Shown here one piece after another: positions 10,365 to 20,594 of a stretch of 64,000 nt of DNA. How positions within the stretch are numbered: the stretch's first letter is position 1; each line of letters begins with the position of its first letter. The translations under genes and the position numbers were made by a program. The notes beneath the pieces were generated by a model that was not told where the DNA came from, did no database searches, and worked only from the letters and a program-made list of their open reading frames with translations. Source of the DNA: a bacterium (lineage in GTDB: Bacteria > Patescibacteriota > CPR2 > UBA1875 > CAIMLA01); contig JBAXUE010000001.1 in NCBI GenBank assembly GCA_037129835.1, forward strand, positions 26,085 through 90,084, written 5' to 3'.

Positions 10365-10583
10365 ATGTGTTTAGCAACACCAATGCAAATAAAAAGAATA
10401 GAAAAAGAATATGGCTTTCTTGTGCACGGCGGTAAAGAGTATCGTGTAGAGCTTTCACTTATTGATAATCCAAAAGTGGGGGACTGGATTCTTGCTCACG
10501 GTGAGCTTGCAGTTAGTAAAGTGCCTTGCAAAGATGCCAAAGAGATACTAGAATTAATCTCCCAAGCCGGCGTAAACCACTAG
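10365..10583 (+). CDS. hypC: HypC/HupF hydrogenase chaperone
   Basis: MCLA-x-P start and VGDWILAHG motif. Confidence 0.9.
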   Translation: MCLATPMQIKRIEKEYGFLVHGGKEYRVELSLIDNPKVGDWILAHGELAVSKVPCKDAKEILELISQAGVNH

Positions 10584-10595
10584 GAGGTGATACGT

Positions 10596-11213
10596 ATGAG
10601 TACGGAAATGACTACAGGAGGCAAGGACGCACTTGTGCGTATCTTGCCAAGTTGTGGTGGTACCATGAGCACAATGTGGCATCTAGCGCGAATGATTCGT
10701 GATAGCAAAAGTATGAATCTCCGAGAAATACTCGGCGGCCTACTCGATCATCCTGATTCGGCGGCGCTAGGGGAACTGGTAGAAACTTGCGAAAAAGTGA
10801 ATGACCTCATCGACATGGAGGGGGTAATAACCCACTTCGCAAGCTACGAACACCTGTCCAAGTTTGACACAGTTACGACAGTCGTCGCAGCTGAGCTTCC
10901 AGAAGAAGAGCAGACAATAGCGCACACACTTTTGCCGTTAACCCTTATACATGGGGGTTACTCATACGAGAATGACGACGTGTATTTGCCTATTTCTGGT
11001 CTTGTACAGATTGGCCCAAGCAACGGGACTCCGTATGCACATCTTGCTAGCGTGATCTGGCTAGAAGACGGTGGCCTGTCAGCTCGAATCATGTCAGAAC
11101 AAGCGGGAAACGGAGTCGTTGAAAGAGCGAGGAAGCTTAGCGGTCTAGACTACGGCAAAGCGCCTAGACTTACAAAGGCAACTATCGCTGCCAAAGAGGC
11201 TCTAAAGATGTAG
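10596..11213 (+). CDS. Hypothetical protein, more GC-rich than neighbours, coupled to hypC
   Basis: SD GGAGGTGA overlapping the hypC stop; ATG at 10596. Confidence 0.7.
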   Translation: MSTEMTTGGKDALVRILPSCGGTMSTMWHLARMIRDSKSMNLREILGGLLDHPDSAALGELVETCEKVNDLIDMEGVITHFASYEHLSKFDTVTTVVAAELPEEEQTIAHTLLPLTLIHGGYSYENDDVYLPISGLVQIGPSNGTPYAHLASVIWLEDGGLSARIMSEQAGNGVVERARKLSGLDYGKAPRLTKATIAAKEALKM

Positions 11214-11240
11214 GCCGGCTTCCTTTCAGGAAGCCGGCCT
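11212..11240 (+). terminator. 13-bp GC-rich hairpin after the gene (no U-tract)
   Basis: AGGCCGGCTTCCT-ttc-AGGAAGCCGGCCT. Confidence 0.55.
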
Positions 11241-11282
11241 CAACCATATATTACAAACATTGTGGTTTGTAATTAAGATAGT

Positions 11283-12254
11283 TTAATTGGGGATTAGTTC
11301 TAAAATACTGTCAATAACAACTTGTGGTTGGTCAATATGAATATAGTGGTTGCTGTTTGGAACAATGATTTGTTTTCCGTTTTGAGAAATCTTTGAAAGA
11401 TTTTGCTGCCACTCTTTCCAAAAAGGCTCCACGTCAGCACTTCCTTTGGCTGTTAATACTGTTATCGGAATCACGCCAAAATTATTTGTTTTCCTTACTT
11501 CCTCAAAATTAATATTTGAATCGCTTACTTCTTTAGACCCTGCAATAAATTGTTTGGGGGTAACTATACCGGCAAGCAATAGCCTTGTGTCCGTAGGATA
11601 GGCATACATATTGGGGTTTATGGTCATTACTAGACGCACTAGTCCAGTATAAGAAGAAAAAACAAGAAGTTTTATATTTGCTTCGTAGATAATTTTATCA
11701 AGAAATGTAGGTTTGAAGGTGGCCATTTCCGGGACTGAAGAATCAACAAAAACCATTCCCGCAACTTTGGTTTTATTTTTATCCGTATAAAGTCTAATGT
11801 TAAAACCACCAAGCGAGTGACCAACAAGAATATATGGACTGGGGACATTTGCTGCGTTTAACAGGTTTTGTAACTCCTTAGCTACATCTAAATTATTATG
11901 TTTATTGTTTGTAGTGTCACTAAAGCCAATGCCAGCTCTGTCATAAGAGCAGACCTTAGTATACTTTGCTATATTTGGCTGAATTTTATACCAATCATAA
12001 TAATTGCCACCAGCACCTGATTCTAGTATCACGGTCGGCTTGCCATTGTTTTCGCCTGTACAATAAATGTGCATTTTATGACCATTTACATCGACTATTT
12101 GACCAGGAGGAGTAAGAGTTTTTGAATCGATATATTCTGAGACATTCTCGTAAATAAAACCAAACAACATTAAGCCCAAAACAATACATAGTACAATTAG
12201 AGCCACTTTCTTTGCTTTTTGAATAAAGGTCTTCTTGGTCTTCTTTTTGACCAT
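11283..12254 (-). CDS. Membrane-anchored alpha/beta hydrolase
   Basis: N-terminal TM, YDRAGIGFS, GHSLGG nucleophile elbow, HYIH. Confidence 0.9.
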   Translation of the reverse strand: MVKKKTKKTFIQKAKKVALIVLCIVLGLMLFGFIYENVSEYIDSKTLTPPGQIVDVNGHKMHIYCTGENNGKPTVILESGAGGNYYDWYKIQPNIAKYTKVCSYDRAGIGFSDTTNNKHNNLDVAKELQNLLNAANVPSPYILVGHSLGGFNIRLYTDKNKTKVAGMVFVDSSVPEMATFKPTFLDKIIYEANIKLLVFSSYTGLVRLVMTINPNMYAYPTDTRLLLAGIVTPKQFIAGSKEVSDSNINFEEVRKTNNFGVIPITVLTAKGSADVEPFWKEWQQNLSKISQNGKQIIVPNSNHYIHIDQPQVVIDSILELIPN

Positions 12255-12257
12255 ATT

Positions 12258-13517
12258 TTAGTGCACCGAACAGGTTATGCAGGGGTCATACGCCCTGATC
12301 AGCATTTCTACCTGTCGATATAGTTCTTTATCATCAAGATTACCGAATTTTTCCATCATTTCATTGGCGTCTTCTTCTAGATTTACCAAACTTTGAACTG
12401 TAGGGGTGACGATGTCGTAATAGGTGATTATCCCGTTTTTATCAATTTTAACAGAGTGATACAAGGTTCCTCTTGGTGCTTCGATAGCCCCTACGCCAGC
12501 GCCAGCCTTTACTTTGAAGGGTACTCTTTTTGATAGTTTTTCATAAGTTATCGCATTTTCTAGATTGTTTATAGCTTCTTCTATGAGATGTACTATTTCT
12601 ATCGCTTGAGCGACATTATTGTGAAAAGAATTATATGTAGGAAGACTCTTGCCCCAGATTTCTCTAAGCGCATAAAGTGCTTTCGGATTTAGATTTTCAT
12701 GGTCGAGAGAAAGTCTGGCAAGAGCACCGACCATAAATCCACGGCCATCTCGTGTGCCATATTTTGTTGGTGAATCTTTCCTTATTTCTTCTTTAAAGGC
12801 GTAACCATAGTTCTCTATAGTAGAGACAAAATCTTGGTTTGATCTAATCTCATTTCCATCGAGATAAGTTAGTTTTCCATCTTTTTGAGTGGCTAGATAC
12901 TCAGTTTTTCTTTTAAGATTTGGATATTTGAAATTCGCAAAAAGCTCAACTGCTTCCATGGCTATTGGTAGAGAATTCTTTAGTTCTGTAATAAGATTCT
13001 TCAGGTCGTCTCTATCTGGCACAGATAAGAAACCTCCAACTACTGGGGCAACGGGATGAACTTCTCTGCCGCCGATACTAGCGACAACTTTATCCCCGAG
13101 TTTCTTCAGTCCTAGTGCAATCTTGTATATTTCAGGTCGTAATTGATGTAGTTCGATCGCGTTCACTACGCCCAAATAGTCGGGAAGTGCTAAGAAAAAA
13201 AGATGCAAAGCGTGAGACTGTATTATTTGCCCCGCCAGGAGAGCTTGTCTCAGACTGTTAATACGATTGTTAGTTTTGATATCAAAAGCCTGCTCGATTG
13301 CTTTAATAGAAACAAGAACATGAGCCGTCGGACAGACTCCGCATATTCTTGCGGTTATAAATGGCGCATCTTCATACGGCCTATCGAGAACAAGTTGCTC
13401 AAATAGTCTTTCGCCTTCATCGATAGTTAGCTTGGCTGAGCCGTTCTTATAATTCAAATTAAGATTACCGTGACCCTCGATCTTACAAATATAGTGTGAT
13501 AAAACAGATTCTTTCAT
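12258..13517 (-). CDS. hydA: Group 3b-like [NiFe] hydrogenase large (alpha) subunit
   Basis: L1 RICGVCPTAH, EAPRG, L2 DPCITCSVH. Confidence 0.92.
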   Translation of the reverse strand: MKESVLSHYICKIEGHGNLNLNYKNGSAKLTIDEGERLFEQLVLDRPYEDAPFITARICGVCPTAHVLVSIKAIEQAFDIKTNNRINSLRQALLAGQIIQSHALHLFFLALPDYLGVVNAIELHQLRPEIYKIALGLKKLGDKVVASIGGREVHPVAPVVGGFLSVPDRDDLKNLITELKNSLPIAMEAVELFANFKYPNLKRKTEYLATQKDGKLTYLDGNEIRSNQDFVSTIENYGYAFKEEIRKDSPTKYGTRDGRGFMVGALARLSLDHENLNPKALYALREIWGKSLPTYNSFHNNVAQAIEIVHLIEEAINNLENAITYEKLSKRVPFKVKAGAGVGAIEAPRGTLYHSVKIDKNGIITYYDIVTPTVQSLVNLEEDANEMMEKFGNLDDKELYRQVEMLIRAYDPCITCSVH

Positions 13518-13593
13518 TATTTTCCTATTGTTTCGTTCCCACTAAAGTGAAAACCATTTTTGATATTTTATTGTTTAATTATATATTGTTTTT

Positions 13594-13623
13594 GATACTT
13601 TTGTCAGTCGATACAAAAGTATC
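13594..13623. repeat. 11-bp perfect inverted repeat in the gap between hydrogenase delta and alpha genes
   Basis: GATACTTTTGT-N8-ACAAAAGTATC. Confidence 0.5.
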
Positions 13624-13763
13624 CCAAAAATCTTTATTTATGCAGTGACCTGCGGGTCTCTGCAGTGTCTAGTTATCATTATAACTCTTTAAATATTTTT
13701 GCTAGTTAAGGTTCATCCAGTTGGATTTGTGATTTTGGAATATGGTGTGTATGTTAGCGTGGA

Positions 13764-14546
13764 TTATTTTTCCTTTAGATACAATTCTTTGTATTCATTT
13801 TGTTGACTCATAAACGATGCAAAAAGTTGTTCGGTTCGCTTTTTTCCAAATTTTGCTTCTAACATTTTTTTCATAGCTTGCTGGTTGCCACCTTCGAGAG
13901 CACCGAAACAACCCCAGCACCTGAGCCCCTTTGATGGGCAAGCGGCATCACATCCTCCTCTAGTGATGGGGCCGAGACAAGATTCGCCTTCAAGAAGTAG
14001 GCAGGTATTTTCGGCAGCCTTACACTCAAGACAGACCGGGTAGCGCTTATCGTCTGGTCTTTTGTTGATAAGAAACGCTCCTAGGAATCTCTCTAACTCG
14101 ACTGGACTGATAGGACATCCTGGCAATCTGTAGTCGACTTCAATGTAGTAGGAAAGCGGTCTTGGCGGTTTGCTGTTAGTCTTATATTTTGCGCCATACA
14201 CTTTTTCTATACCTTTTTTCCAGCCAGAAATGCCAATACTGCCTTGGATTCCTCCCAGGTCGGCACAGCTGCCCAGGGCAACAATGATTTTAGATGCTAC
14301 TCGGGCCTGTTTGACGGCTTCGATATCGCTTTCAGAAATAGGTGTGCCTTCAATAAAGGTAATATCAAAAGGTCCTGGATTGCTATTGTCGCTAGCAAGA
14401 CGCCAGTTTGCAAACTCTACTTGCCCAGCCAGGCTGGCAAGCTTTTCTCTGAAGCCGATAAACGCAAGTTCGCAGCCTTCGCAATCGGTCATATCGAAGA
14501 TTGCAATTTTGAGTTTTCTATTTAGATAATTCGCCTTTGTTTTCAT
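13764..14546 (-). CDS. hydD: Hydrogenase small (delta) subunit
   Basis: CEGC, GSC, PGCP and distal Cys cluster. Confidence 0.9.
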   Translation of the reverse strand: MKTKANYLNRKLKIAIFDMTDCEGCELAFIGFREKLASLAGQVEFANWRLASDNSNPGPFDITFIEGTPISESDIEAVKQARVASKIIVALGSCADLGGIQGSIGISGWKKGIEKVYGAKYKTNSKPPRPLSYYIEVDYRLPGCPISPVELERFLGAFLINKRPDDKRYPVCLECKAAENTCLLLEGESCLGPITRGGCDAACPSKGLRCWGCFGALEGGNQQAMKKMLEAKFGKKRTEQLFASFMSQQNEYKELYLKEK

Positions 14547-15370
14547 TATAAAAATGCTTCCCAGTTATCTTCTATCTGCGCGAGAGTAAATGTCGGCCCA
14601 TCTGTGCAAACATATAGCTTGCCACAAGTACAGTGTTGGCATTTACCAATCCCACATTTCATTCTTCGCTCAAACATAAGGTTGATATTTTCTTTTTTTA
14701 AGCCTTTTTTGATTAATACATCAGAGGTTGACTGATACATTATAGATGGTCCACAAATAATTACCGTAGCGTCTTTGGTTATTTCTACCTTTTTGACTAT
14801 ATCGGGGATAAATCCAGACAGACCTTGCCACTCTTTATCGGCCTTATCAACGGTAATATAGGTTTCGGCGATTTTATTCATTATGGCAAGTTCTCCCTTG
14901 AATAGGAGGTCGTCAGGGGTTTTTGCGCCATAAATAAATGTGAGTTTGCTTACCATGCTTTGGTTTTCTTTTATCTGGCGTACTATCGACATTAGGGGGG
15001 CTATGCCGATTCCTCCAGCGATTATTACAAGTTCTCTGCCGTAGATTTCCTGAAAACTAATATTATTCCCAAGGGGTCCTTTGATATATGCAGTATCTCC
15101 GATAGAGAGTCGGTTGATCGCAAAAGTATTATTTCCGACGCTTCTGACGGCGATTTCAAATTCTGGAAGTGATGATGGAGAAGTGGTGATAGTCAGCGGG
15201 GATTCCCCAAATCCAGGAATCGACACCATAATAAATTGGCCAGGCACAAAGGTAAAATCTCTACCATCAGCCGTCTCAGTAAACTTAAAGCGAATAGAGC
15301 GAACGCTCGGACTCTGGCCGTTCGTAGAGATAACTTCAACCTTTTTGTACTCTTTACTTTCGTTTGTCAT
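14546..15370 (-). CDS. hydG: Sulfhydrogenase gamma subunit (FAD/NAD-binding, 2Fe-2S)
   Basis: PGQF, GPLGN, AGGIGIAP, CGP, MKCGIGKCQHC. Confidence 0.9.
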   Translation of the reverse strand: MTNESKEYKKVEVISTNGQSPSVRSIRFKFTETADGRDFTFVPGQFIMVSIPGFGESPLTITTSPSSLPEFEIAVRSVGNNTFAINRLSIGDTAYIKGPLGNNISFQEIYGRELVIIAGGIGIAPLMSIVRQIKENQSMVSKLTFIYGAKTPDDLLFKGELAIMNKIAETYITVDKADKEWQGLSGFIPDIVKKVEITKDATVIICGPSIMYQSTSDVLIKKGLKKENINLMFERRMKCGIGKCQHCTCGKLYVCTDGPTFTLAQIEDNWEAFL

Positions 15371-16337
15371 TTTCAATCAAGCTCTTTAATACTTTTCGAT
15401 AATTTATTCTCGCCGGGCAATATACGATGCATCTACCACAATCTACACAGCCAGGGAAGCCGTATTCACTGGGCATTCTGACGAATTTATGAAAATACCA
15501 ATTGTAGATTCTATCTTTGTGAGTATCCCGAAAATCTTTGAACGGCAAAGCTGCAAAATCCGGTAACATACAAGAATCCCAGCGTCTCTCTCTGCCACCC
15601 TTGATATCGTTTCCAACGTTACCAGTGATGTCGATGCGGTCTTCTTGCTCGTAGCAATAACAAAGCGGGCAAACATAACTACAAATACCGCAATTGAAGC
15701 AAACTTTTGCAAGTTCATCCCATACTTTTGAATTCCTAGATTTTTCGACTATTTCGGCTAATCTAGGATGAAAAAGTACATCATCGGGCATGTGTCTGGT
15801 TGAAATAGTTCCCACATCGCCTTCTTTCCCAAAAAGTGGGTTTCCTTCAATCAACGCTCCACCGTATTCGGTAAATGGATATGCAGACAAGTGCTCGGCA
15901 TCGACTAACTGTAGATATAAATCACAAGTAACGTTATTTGAAGGAGGTAGAGAATCTACTATAATCAGTTTCATATGTTTGCGTCTTTCAATATAGTGCT
16001 CTTCAGGGATTGGATGGTTATAGATTTCGTCCAAATAAAAAATTCCCTCCCCGTCTTTTTTGTTAACACCAAAAACGACAAAGTCTTTGTTTGAAGGGGG
16101 TAAAATTTCACCTTTTTCAAATTTCATCACATCTTCTTTGGCAGGGAAAAGATATTTTTTCGGCGGGATTACCGTTGGTCCGTATATCATAGAGTAATCT
16201 TTGGCACGACGAATTCTACCAAAGCGAAATCTTGTTTTTGTTCCTGTTTTATCCTCTATTGGGCCGTATACGGGCAAATTTTCAGCAATCTCTAGTATAA
16301 ATTTTCCGATATCTTTATTGTGTATTACAAGACTCAT
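15354..16337 (-). CDS. hydB: Sulfhydrogenase beta subunit (4Fe-4S dicluster)
   Basis: CFNCGICSYVCPLCYC and CVDCGRCIVYCP. Confidence 0.9.
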   Translation of the reverse strand: MSLVIHNKDIGKFILEIAENLPVYGPIEDKTGTKTRFRFGRIRRAKDYSMIYGPTVIPPKKYLFPAKEDVMKFEKGEILPPSNKDFVVFGVNKKDGEGIFYLDEIYNHPIPEEHYIERRKHMKLIIVDSLPPSNNVTCDLYLQLVDAEHLSAYPFTEYGGALIEGNPLFGKEGDVGTISTRHMPDDVLFHPRLAEIVEKSRNSKVWDELAKVCFNCGICSYVCPLCYCYEQEDRIDITGNVGNDIKGGRERRWDSCMLPDFAALPFKDFRDTHKDRIYNWYFHKFVRMPSEYGFPGCVDCGRCIVYCPARINYRKVLKSLIENDKRK

Positions 16338-16708
16338 AGCGACATGACCTCATCGATGCGTTTTAACAGTTCTTTCATTTCGGTTTCCGACTTGATGATG
16401 AAGTCCTTTGCTCCGTGTTGCAAGGCTTTTTCCTTAATATTGCTATCCGATACCTCAGTTAATATCACGACATTTACAGAGCGGGTATGGTGATCGTTTC
16501 GAATTCTGTCCAGTATATGCAGACCATTGATCTTTGGCATCAGGATATCTAGAAGAACCAAATCAGGTTTTTCTTTATAGATTACATCAAGTGCTTCTTC
16601 CTCGTTACAGATTGCCGTCGCCGAATAACCCGCTGCATTTAATGTATCTTCGTATATTCTACAGACGTCTTTGTTGTTATCTACAATGATGATTCTAGCT
16701 TTTTTCAT
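16334..16708 (-). CDS. Single-domain response regulator (receiver)
   Basis: IIIVD, PDLVLLDILMP, FIIK; overlaps the hydB start by 4 nt. Confidence 0.9.
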   Translation of the reverse strand: MKKARIIIVDNNKDVCRIYEDTLNAAGYSATAICNEEEALDVIYKEKPDLVLLDILMPKINGLHILDRIRNDHHTRSVNVVILTEVSDSNIKEKALQHGAKDFIIKSETEMKELLKRIDEVMSL

Positions 16709-16779
16709 AGTTATTTCTCTATTAAATAGTTTAGCACGAACTAAGAAAACAATGAATAAATAATGTCATAAAAAAACTC

Positions 16780-16806
16780 TTGACACTCGGTATACCGGAG
16801 TGCTAA
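16780..16806 (+). promoter_or_regulatory. CIRCE element 1, overlapping a TTGACA -35 box
   Basis: TTGACACTC-N9-GAGTGCTAA versus consensus TTAGCACTC-N9-GAGTGCTAA. Confidence 0.85.
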
Positions 16807-16813
16807 TATATTT

Positions 16814-16840
16814 CTAGCACTCATACTTAAAGAGTGCCAA
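16814..16840 (+). promoter_or_regulatory. CIRCE element 2
   Basis: CTAGCACTC-N9-GAGTGCCAA just upstream of hrcA. Confidence 0.85.
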
Positions 16841-16850
16841 AAGAGGGAAA

Positions 16851-17639
16851 ATGAATCTCAGACAAGAAGCTATTTTAGATGCAATCATTCGTGATTATGT
16901 TGAAACTGCGGAACCCGTAGGTTCTCTGAATCTTGGTGAAAAGTTTGATTTTCCTTTTTCTCCAGCAACAATTCGAGGTGAAATGGCTGAGCTCGAAAAG
17001 CTTGGGTATATTTCACAGCCACATACATCTGCGGGACGTGTTCCAACAGACAAGGGGTATCGGTACTTTGTAAATCTAATGGTCACCCAGACGAAGGCAC
17101 TTGCCAGACAAGATGAGCACGAAATCAAGCACAAGATGCTTGAGCAACACATGCGTTACGAGAAACTTATTGATCTAGCAGCCAAAACTCTAGCCGAAAG
17201 TACTGGCAATGTAGGAATCGTCGGAGTTTCTGGTTTGATATACTCTCATGGACTAGCCAATCTTTTTTCTCAACCAGAGTTTCAGGACTCAGACAATGCG
17301 GTTCGGGCAGCTGAAATACTCGATAGGATGCATGAGCTAGTTGCAGAGATTCCAAATGTCGTGAATCCGATAGTCTTTATCGGTAGCGAATCACCATTTA
17401 GCGCAGCCGCGGGTTGCTCACTAGTGGTTACAGGTTTTGAGACCCCATATAACACCATCGGTAGACTCGCAGTACTCGGACCTACAAGAATGGATTATGA
17501 AAAAGTAATCGCAGTTGTTGAGGAAATAAAGCAAATGCTAGAAGATTGGCAAAATAATAGTAAAGAATTGCCGAAAGTAACGAAGAAAACCACAGTTAAG
17601 AAGTATCGTTTGCAAGCCAAAAACAGAAAGGAGAAATAA
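16851..17639 (+). CDS. hrcA: Heat-inducible repressor HrcA (short form)
   Basis: [35 protein letters not shown]. Confidence 0.93.
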   Translation: MNLRQEAILDAIIRDYVETAEPVGSLNLGEKFDFPFSPATIRGEMAELEKLGYISQPHTSAGRVPTDKGYRYFVNLMVTQTKALARQDEHEIKHKMLEQHMRYEKLIDLAAKTLAESTGNVGIVGVSGLIYSHGLANLFSQPEFQDSDNAVRAAEILDRMHELVAEIPNVVNPIVFIGSESPFSAAAGCSLVVTGFETPYNTIGRLAVLGPTRMDYEKVIAVVEEIKQMLEDWQNNSKELPKVTKKTTVKKYRLQAKNRKEK

Positions 17640-18112
17640 TGGCAAAAAAAGAAAAAATAGTGAAAGAAGATCAACCAAAAGCAGAATTTGAGGAATTAAA
17701 AAGCCTACTTCAGCATACACAGGCAGATTTCGCGAATTACCGACGTCGTAACGAAGAAAACAAAGTTGATTTTGTAAAACATGCTACAAGCGACATCATA
17801 GAACAGATATTACCAGTTATGGACACTTTCGCACTTGCTGCTAAACACGTACCAAAAGAAATAGAAGGAATCTCGTGGGTTATGGGAGTTAGGGCGATCG
17901 AGAAACAACTAGAACAAACACTATTTGCAAATGGCCTATCCAGAGTAGAAACAGAGGGACAACAGTTCGATCCCAAGCTTTATGAAGCAATAGGCGAAGT
18001 GGAAGACAAAAATCAACCAGATGGGGTAATAACGAGTGAGGAATCACCGGGGTATTTGCTTCACGGCAAACTCATTCGACCAGCAAAAGTAATAGTAAAC
18101 AAGTTAAAATAA
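17639..18112 (+). CDS. grpE: Nucleotide exchange factor GrpE
   Basis: ADFANYRRR, FDP, GYLLHGKLIRPAKV. Confidence 0.93.
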   Translation: MAKKEKIVKEDQPKAEFEELKSLLQHTQADFANYRRRNEENKVDFVKHATSDIIEQILPVMDTFALAAKHVPKEIEGISWVMGVRAIEKQLEQTLFANGLSRVETEGQQFDPKLYEAIGEVEDKNQPDGVITSEESPGYLLHGKLIRPAKVIVNKLK

Positions 18113-18130
18113 CAAAACAAAGGAGAAAAA

Positions 18131-20044
18131 ATGGGTAAAATAATCGGAATCGATCTCGGTACAACTAATTCAGCTATGTCGGTAATGGAAGGTGCGGAGC
18201 CAAAAGTAATACCAAATGCAGAAGGCAATCGCACCACACCATCGATAGTGGCTGAATCAAAGAATGGTGAACGTTTGGCAGGACAGGTAGCGAAGCGTCA
18301 GGCTGTTATCAACTATGAAAATACTATATTTTCAGCAAAGCGCCTCATTGGACGTTCTTTTAATGACGAAGAAGTCAAAAAAGACATCGAACTTATGCCT
18401 TACAAGATTGTCAAAAGTGGCGCTGGGGTCAAAGTAAAGATGGGCGAAAAAGAGTATAGCCCTGCAGAGATTTCTGCAATGATCCTTGGTAAGCTAAAGA
18501 CTGATGCAGAAGCCTATCTCGGCGAGCCTGTGACGGAAGCAGTTATCACTGTTCCTGCTTACTTCAATGACGCTCAAAGACAGGCAACAAAAGATGCCGG
18601 TAAAATCGCCGGTCTAGATGTAAAGCGAATCATCAATGAGCCTACAGCCGCCGCTTTCGCTTATGGGCTAAACTCAAAGAAAGAAGAAAAGGTAGCAGTG
18701 TATGATCTTGGTGGCGGAACATTTGATGTTTCAATACTGGACATCGGAGACGGTATTATTGAGGTTTTGTCTACCAATGGTGACACTCACCTCGGCGGTG
18801 ATGACTTTGACCAAGAAATCATGAATTTCTTAGTTGATGAGTTCAAAAAAGAACAAGGAATCGACCTCAAGAGCGATACCGCTGCCCTTCAAAGACTCAA
18901 AGAAGCTGCTGAAAATGCCAAAATTGAATTATCTTCAAAGACTGAAACAGATATAAATATTCCATTTGTAACAGCCGATGCTAGTGGTCCAAAACACTTA
19001 AATATCAAGATGACTAGAGCGAAACTCGAAGGTATAGTAGAGACACTAATAAAGAAAACCCTAAAACCCTGTGAAGTTGCCCTTAAAGACGCTGGAATCA
19101 AAAAGACTGACATCAATGAGATTATTCTTGTTGGTGGTATGACTCGTATGCCAGCCGTCCAAGCTGCAGTTAAAGAATTCTTTGGTAAGGAGCCTTTGAA
19201 GGGAGTAAATCCTGACGAAGTAGTTGCTATCGGAGCAGGTCTCCAAGGCGGACAGCTTTCTGGTGATCTTAAGAACACAGATATCTTACTTTTAGATGTC
19301 ACACCATTGTCACTTGGTATTGAGACTCTTGGTGGAGTATCTACGAAGCTGATCGAGAAGAATACTACTATTCCGACAAGTGCTTCTCAAGTATTCTCAA
19401 CCGCTGCTGACAATCAAACAAGCGTAGAAGTTGTGGTTCTCCAAGGTGAACGCGAATTTGCTGCTGACAACAAATCACTAGGCAGATTTACTCTAGACGG
19501 TATTCCACCAGCACCTCGTGGTATCCCACAGGTTGAAGTTAAGTTTGATATCGATGCGAACGGTATTGTCCATGTAACAGCTACTGACAAAGCTACTAAC
19601 AAAGAGCAAAAGATTACCATCACAGCTTCTTCAGCTCTTACCGATGACGAAATTGATAAGATGCAAAAAGACGCAGAGGCTCATGCAGAGGAAGATAAGA
19701 CGCGCAAAGAGTTTGTTGACCTCAAAAATATGGCAGACGCGCTTGTTTACACAGCAGAAAAGACTCTTAAAGAGGCTGGAGATAAGGCTAAAGACGAGGA
19801 CAAAAAGGACGTTGAGGCCAAAGTCGAAGAGCTCAAGAAGGTCAAAGACGGTGATGACAAAGACGTAATTCAGAAGGCTTATGATGAATTGTCTGAGGCA
19901 ATTCAAAAAGTCGGAGCTTCTATGTATGCTCAGCCAGAAGAAGGGGCCGGAACTGACGAAAATACGTCAGAAGATGCCAAAACAGACGAACCTGTTGAGG
20001 GTGAAGTTGTTGAAGAAGAAAAGAAAGAAGATGACAAGAAATAA
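18131..20044 (+). CDS. dnaK: Chaperone DnaK
   Basis: [20 protein letters not shown] and overall Hsp70 sequence. Confidence 0.98.
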   Translation: MGKIIGIDLGTTNSAMSVMEGAEPKVIPNAEGNRTTPSIVAESKNGERLAGQVAKRQAVINYENTIFSAKRLIGRSFNDEEVKKDIELMPYKIVKSGAGVKVKMGEKEYSPAEISAMILGKLKTDAEAYLGEPVTEAVITVPAYFNDAQRQATKDAGKIAGLDVKRIINEPTAAAFAYGLNSKKEEKVAVYDLGGGTFDVSILDIGDGIIEVLSTNGDTHLGGDDFDQEIMNFLVDEFKKEQGIDLKSDTAALQRLKEAAENAKIELSSKTETDINIPFVTADASGPKHLNIKMTRAKLEGIVETLIKKTLKPCEVALKDAGIKKTDINEIILVGGMTRMPAVQAAVKEFFGKEPLKGVNPDEVVAIGAGLQGGQLSGDLKNTDILLLDVTPLSLGIETLGGVSTKLIEKNTTIPTSASQVFSTAADNQTSVEVVVLQGEREFAADNKSLGRFTLDGIPPAPRGIPQVEVKFDIDANGIVHVTATDKATNKEQKITITASSALTDDEIDKMQKDAEAHAEEDKTRKEFVDLKNMADALVYTAEKTLKEAGDKAKDEDKKDVEAKVEELKKVKDGDDKDVIQKAYDELSEAIQKVGASMYAQPEEGAGTDENTSEDAKTDEPVEGEVVEEEKKEDDKK

Positions 20045-20232
20045 GGTAATTTCGTACAAAATATTTGTCTAAAAGTTTTACTACTTTCAAGTATTTTGAA
20101 GCAAAATGAGTAATATAGTTATTCATCTTGAGGCTCGGGGAAGACTCCTCGAGCCAAATAGGTGAAGTAATGCAATCATGACACGGACAGGAAAATAAAA
20201 GCGTAAATTACTAAGTCCAAATAATATTAAAC

Positions 20233-20582
20233 TGTCATTCCTGCGTATGCAGGAATCCACACAATTATGAAAACATATTATGTCTACATTGTTACAAATA
20301 AAAAGAATGGTACACTGTATATTGGTGTGACCTCAAATCTCCCAAAAAGGATATTTGAACATAAACAAAAACTTGTGGACGGTTTTACTAAAAAGTATGG
20401 TTTAGATAAGTTGGTTTATTATTTAGAGACAAGTGACGTTAGTACAGCAATACAAAAAGAAAAACAAATGAAGAAATGGAAGCGCGAATATAAATTAAAT
20501 GTTATTAACGAATTGAATCCAACCTGGAAGGACTTATATATTGAAATTATCAAATAGATTCCTGAACAGGTCAGGAATGACA
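20233..20582. mobile_element. REP-like palindrome-flanked GIY-YIG cassette between dnaK and dnaJ
   Basis: TGTCATTCCTG-N6-CAGGAATCCA at 20233-20259 and inverted TAGATTCCTG-N7-CAGGAATGACA at 20555-20582 bracket the nuclease ORF. Confidence 0.6.
20267..20557 (+). CDS. GIY-YIG nuclease family protein (UPF0213-like)
   Basis: YYVYI...LYIGVTSNL.KRI.EH, EKQMKKWKR, NPTWKDL. Confidence 0.9.
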   Translation: MKTYYVYIVTNKKNGTLYIGVTSNLPKRIFEHKQKLVDGFTKKYGLDKLVYYLETSDVSTAIQKEKQMKKWKREYKLNVINELNPTWKDLYIEIIK

Positions 20583-20594
20583 CGGAGAGTATAG

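Noticed and set aside
16764-16785. Third TrmB operator (TGTCA...TGACA) at the hrcA promoter
   Set aside because: Spacer is 12 rather than 10, and the right half is explained by the -35 box and CIRCE
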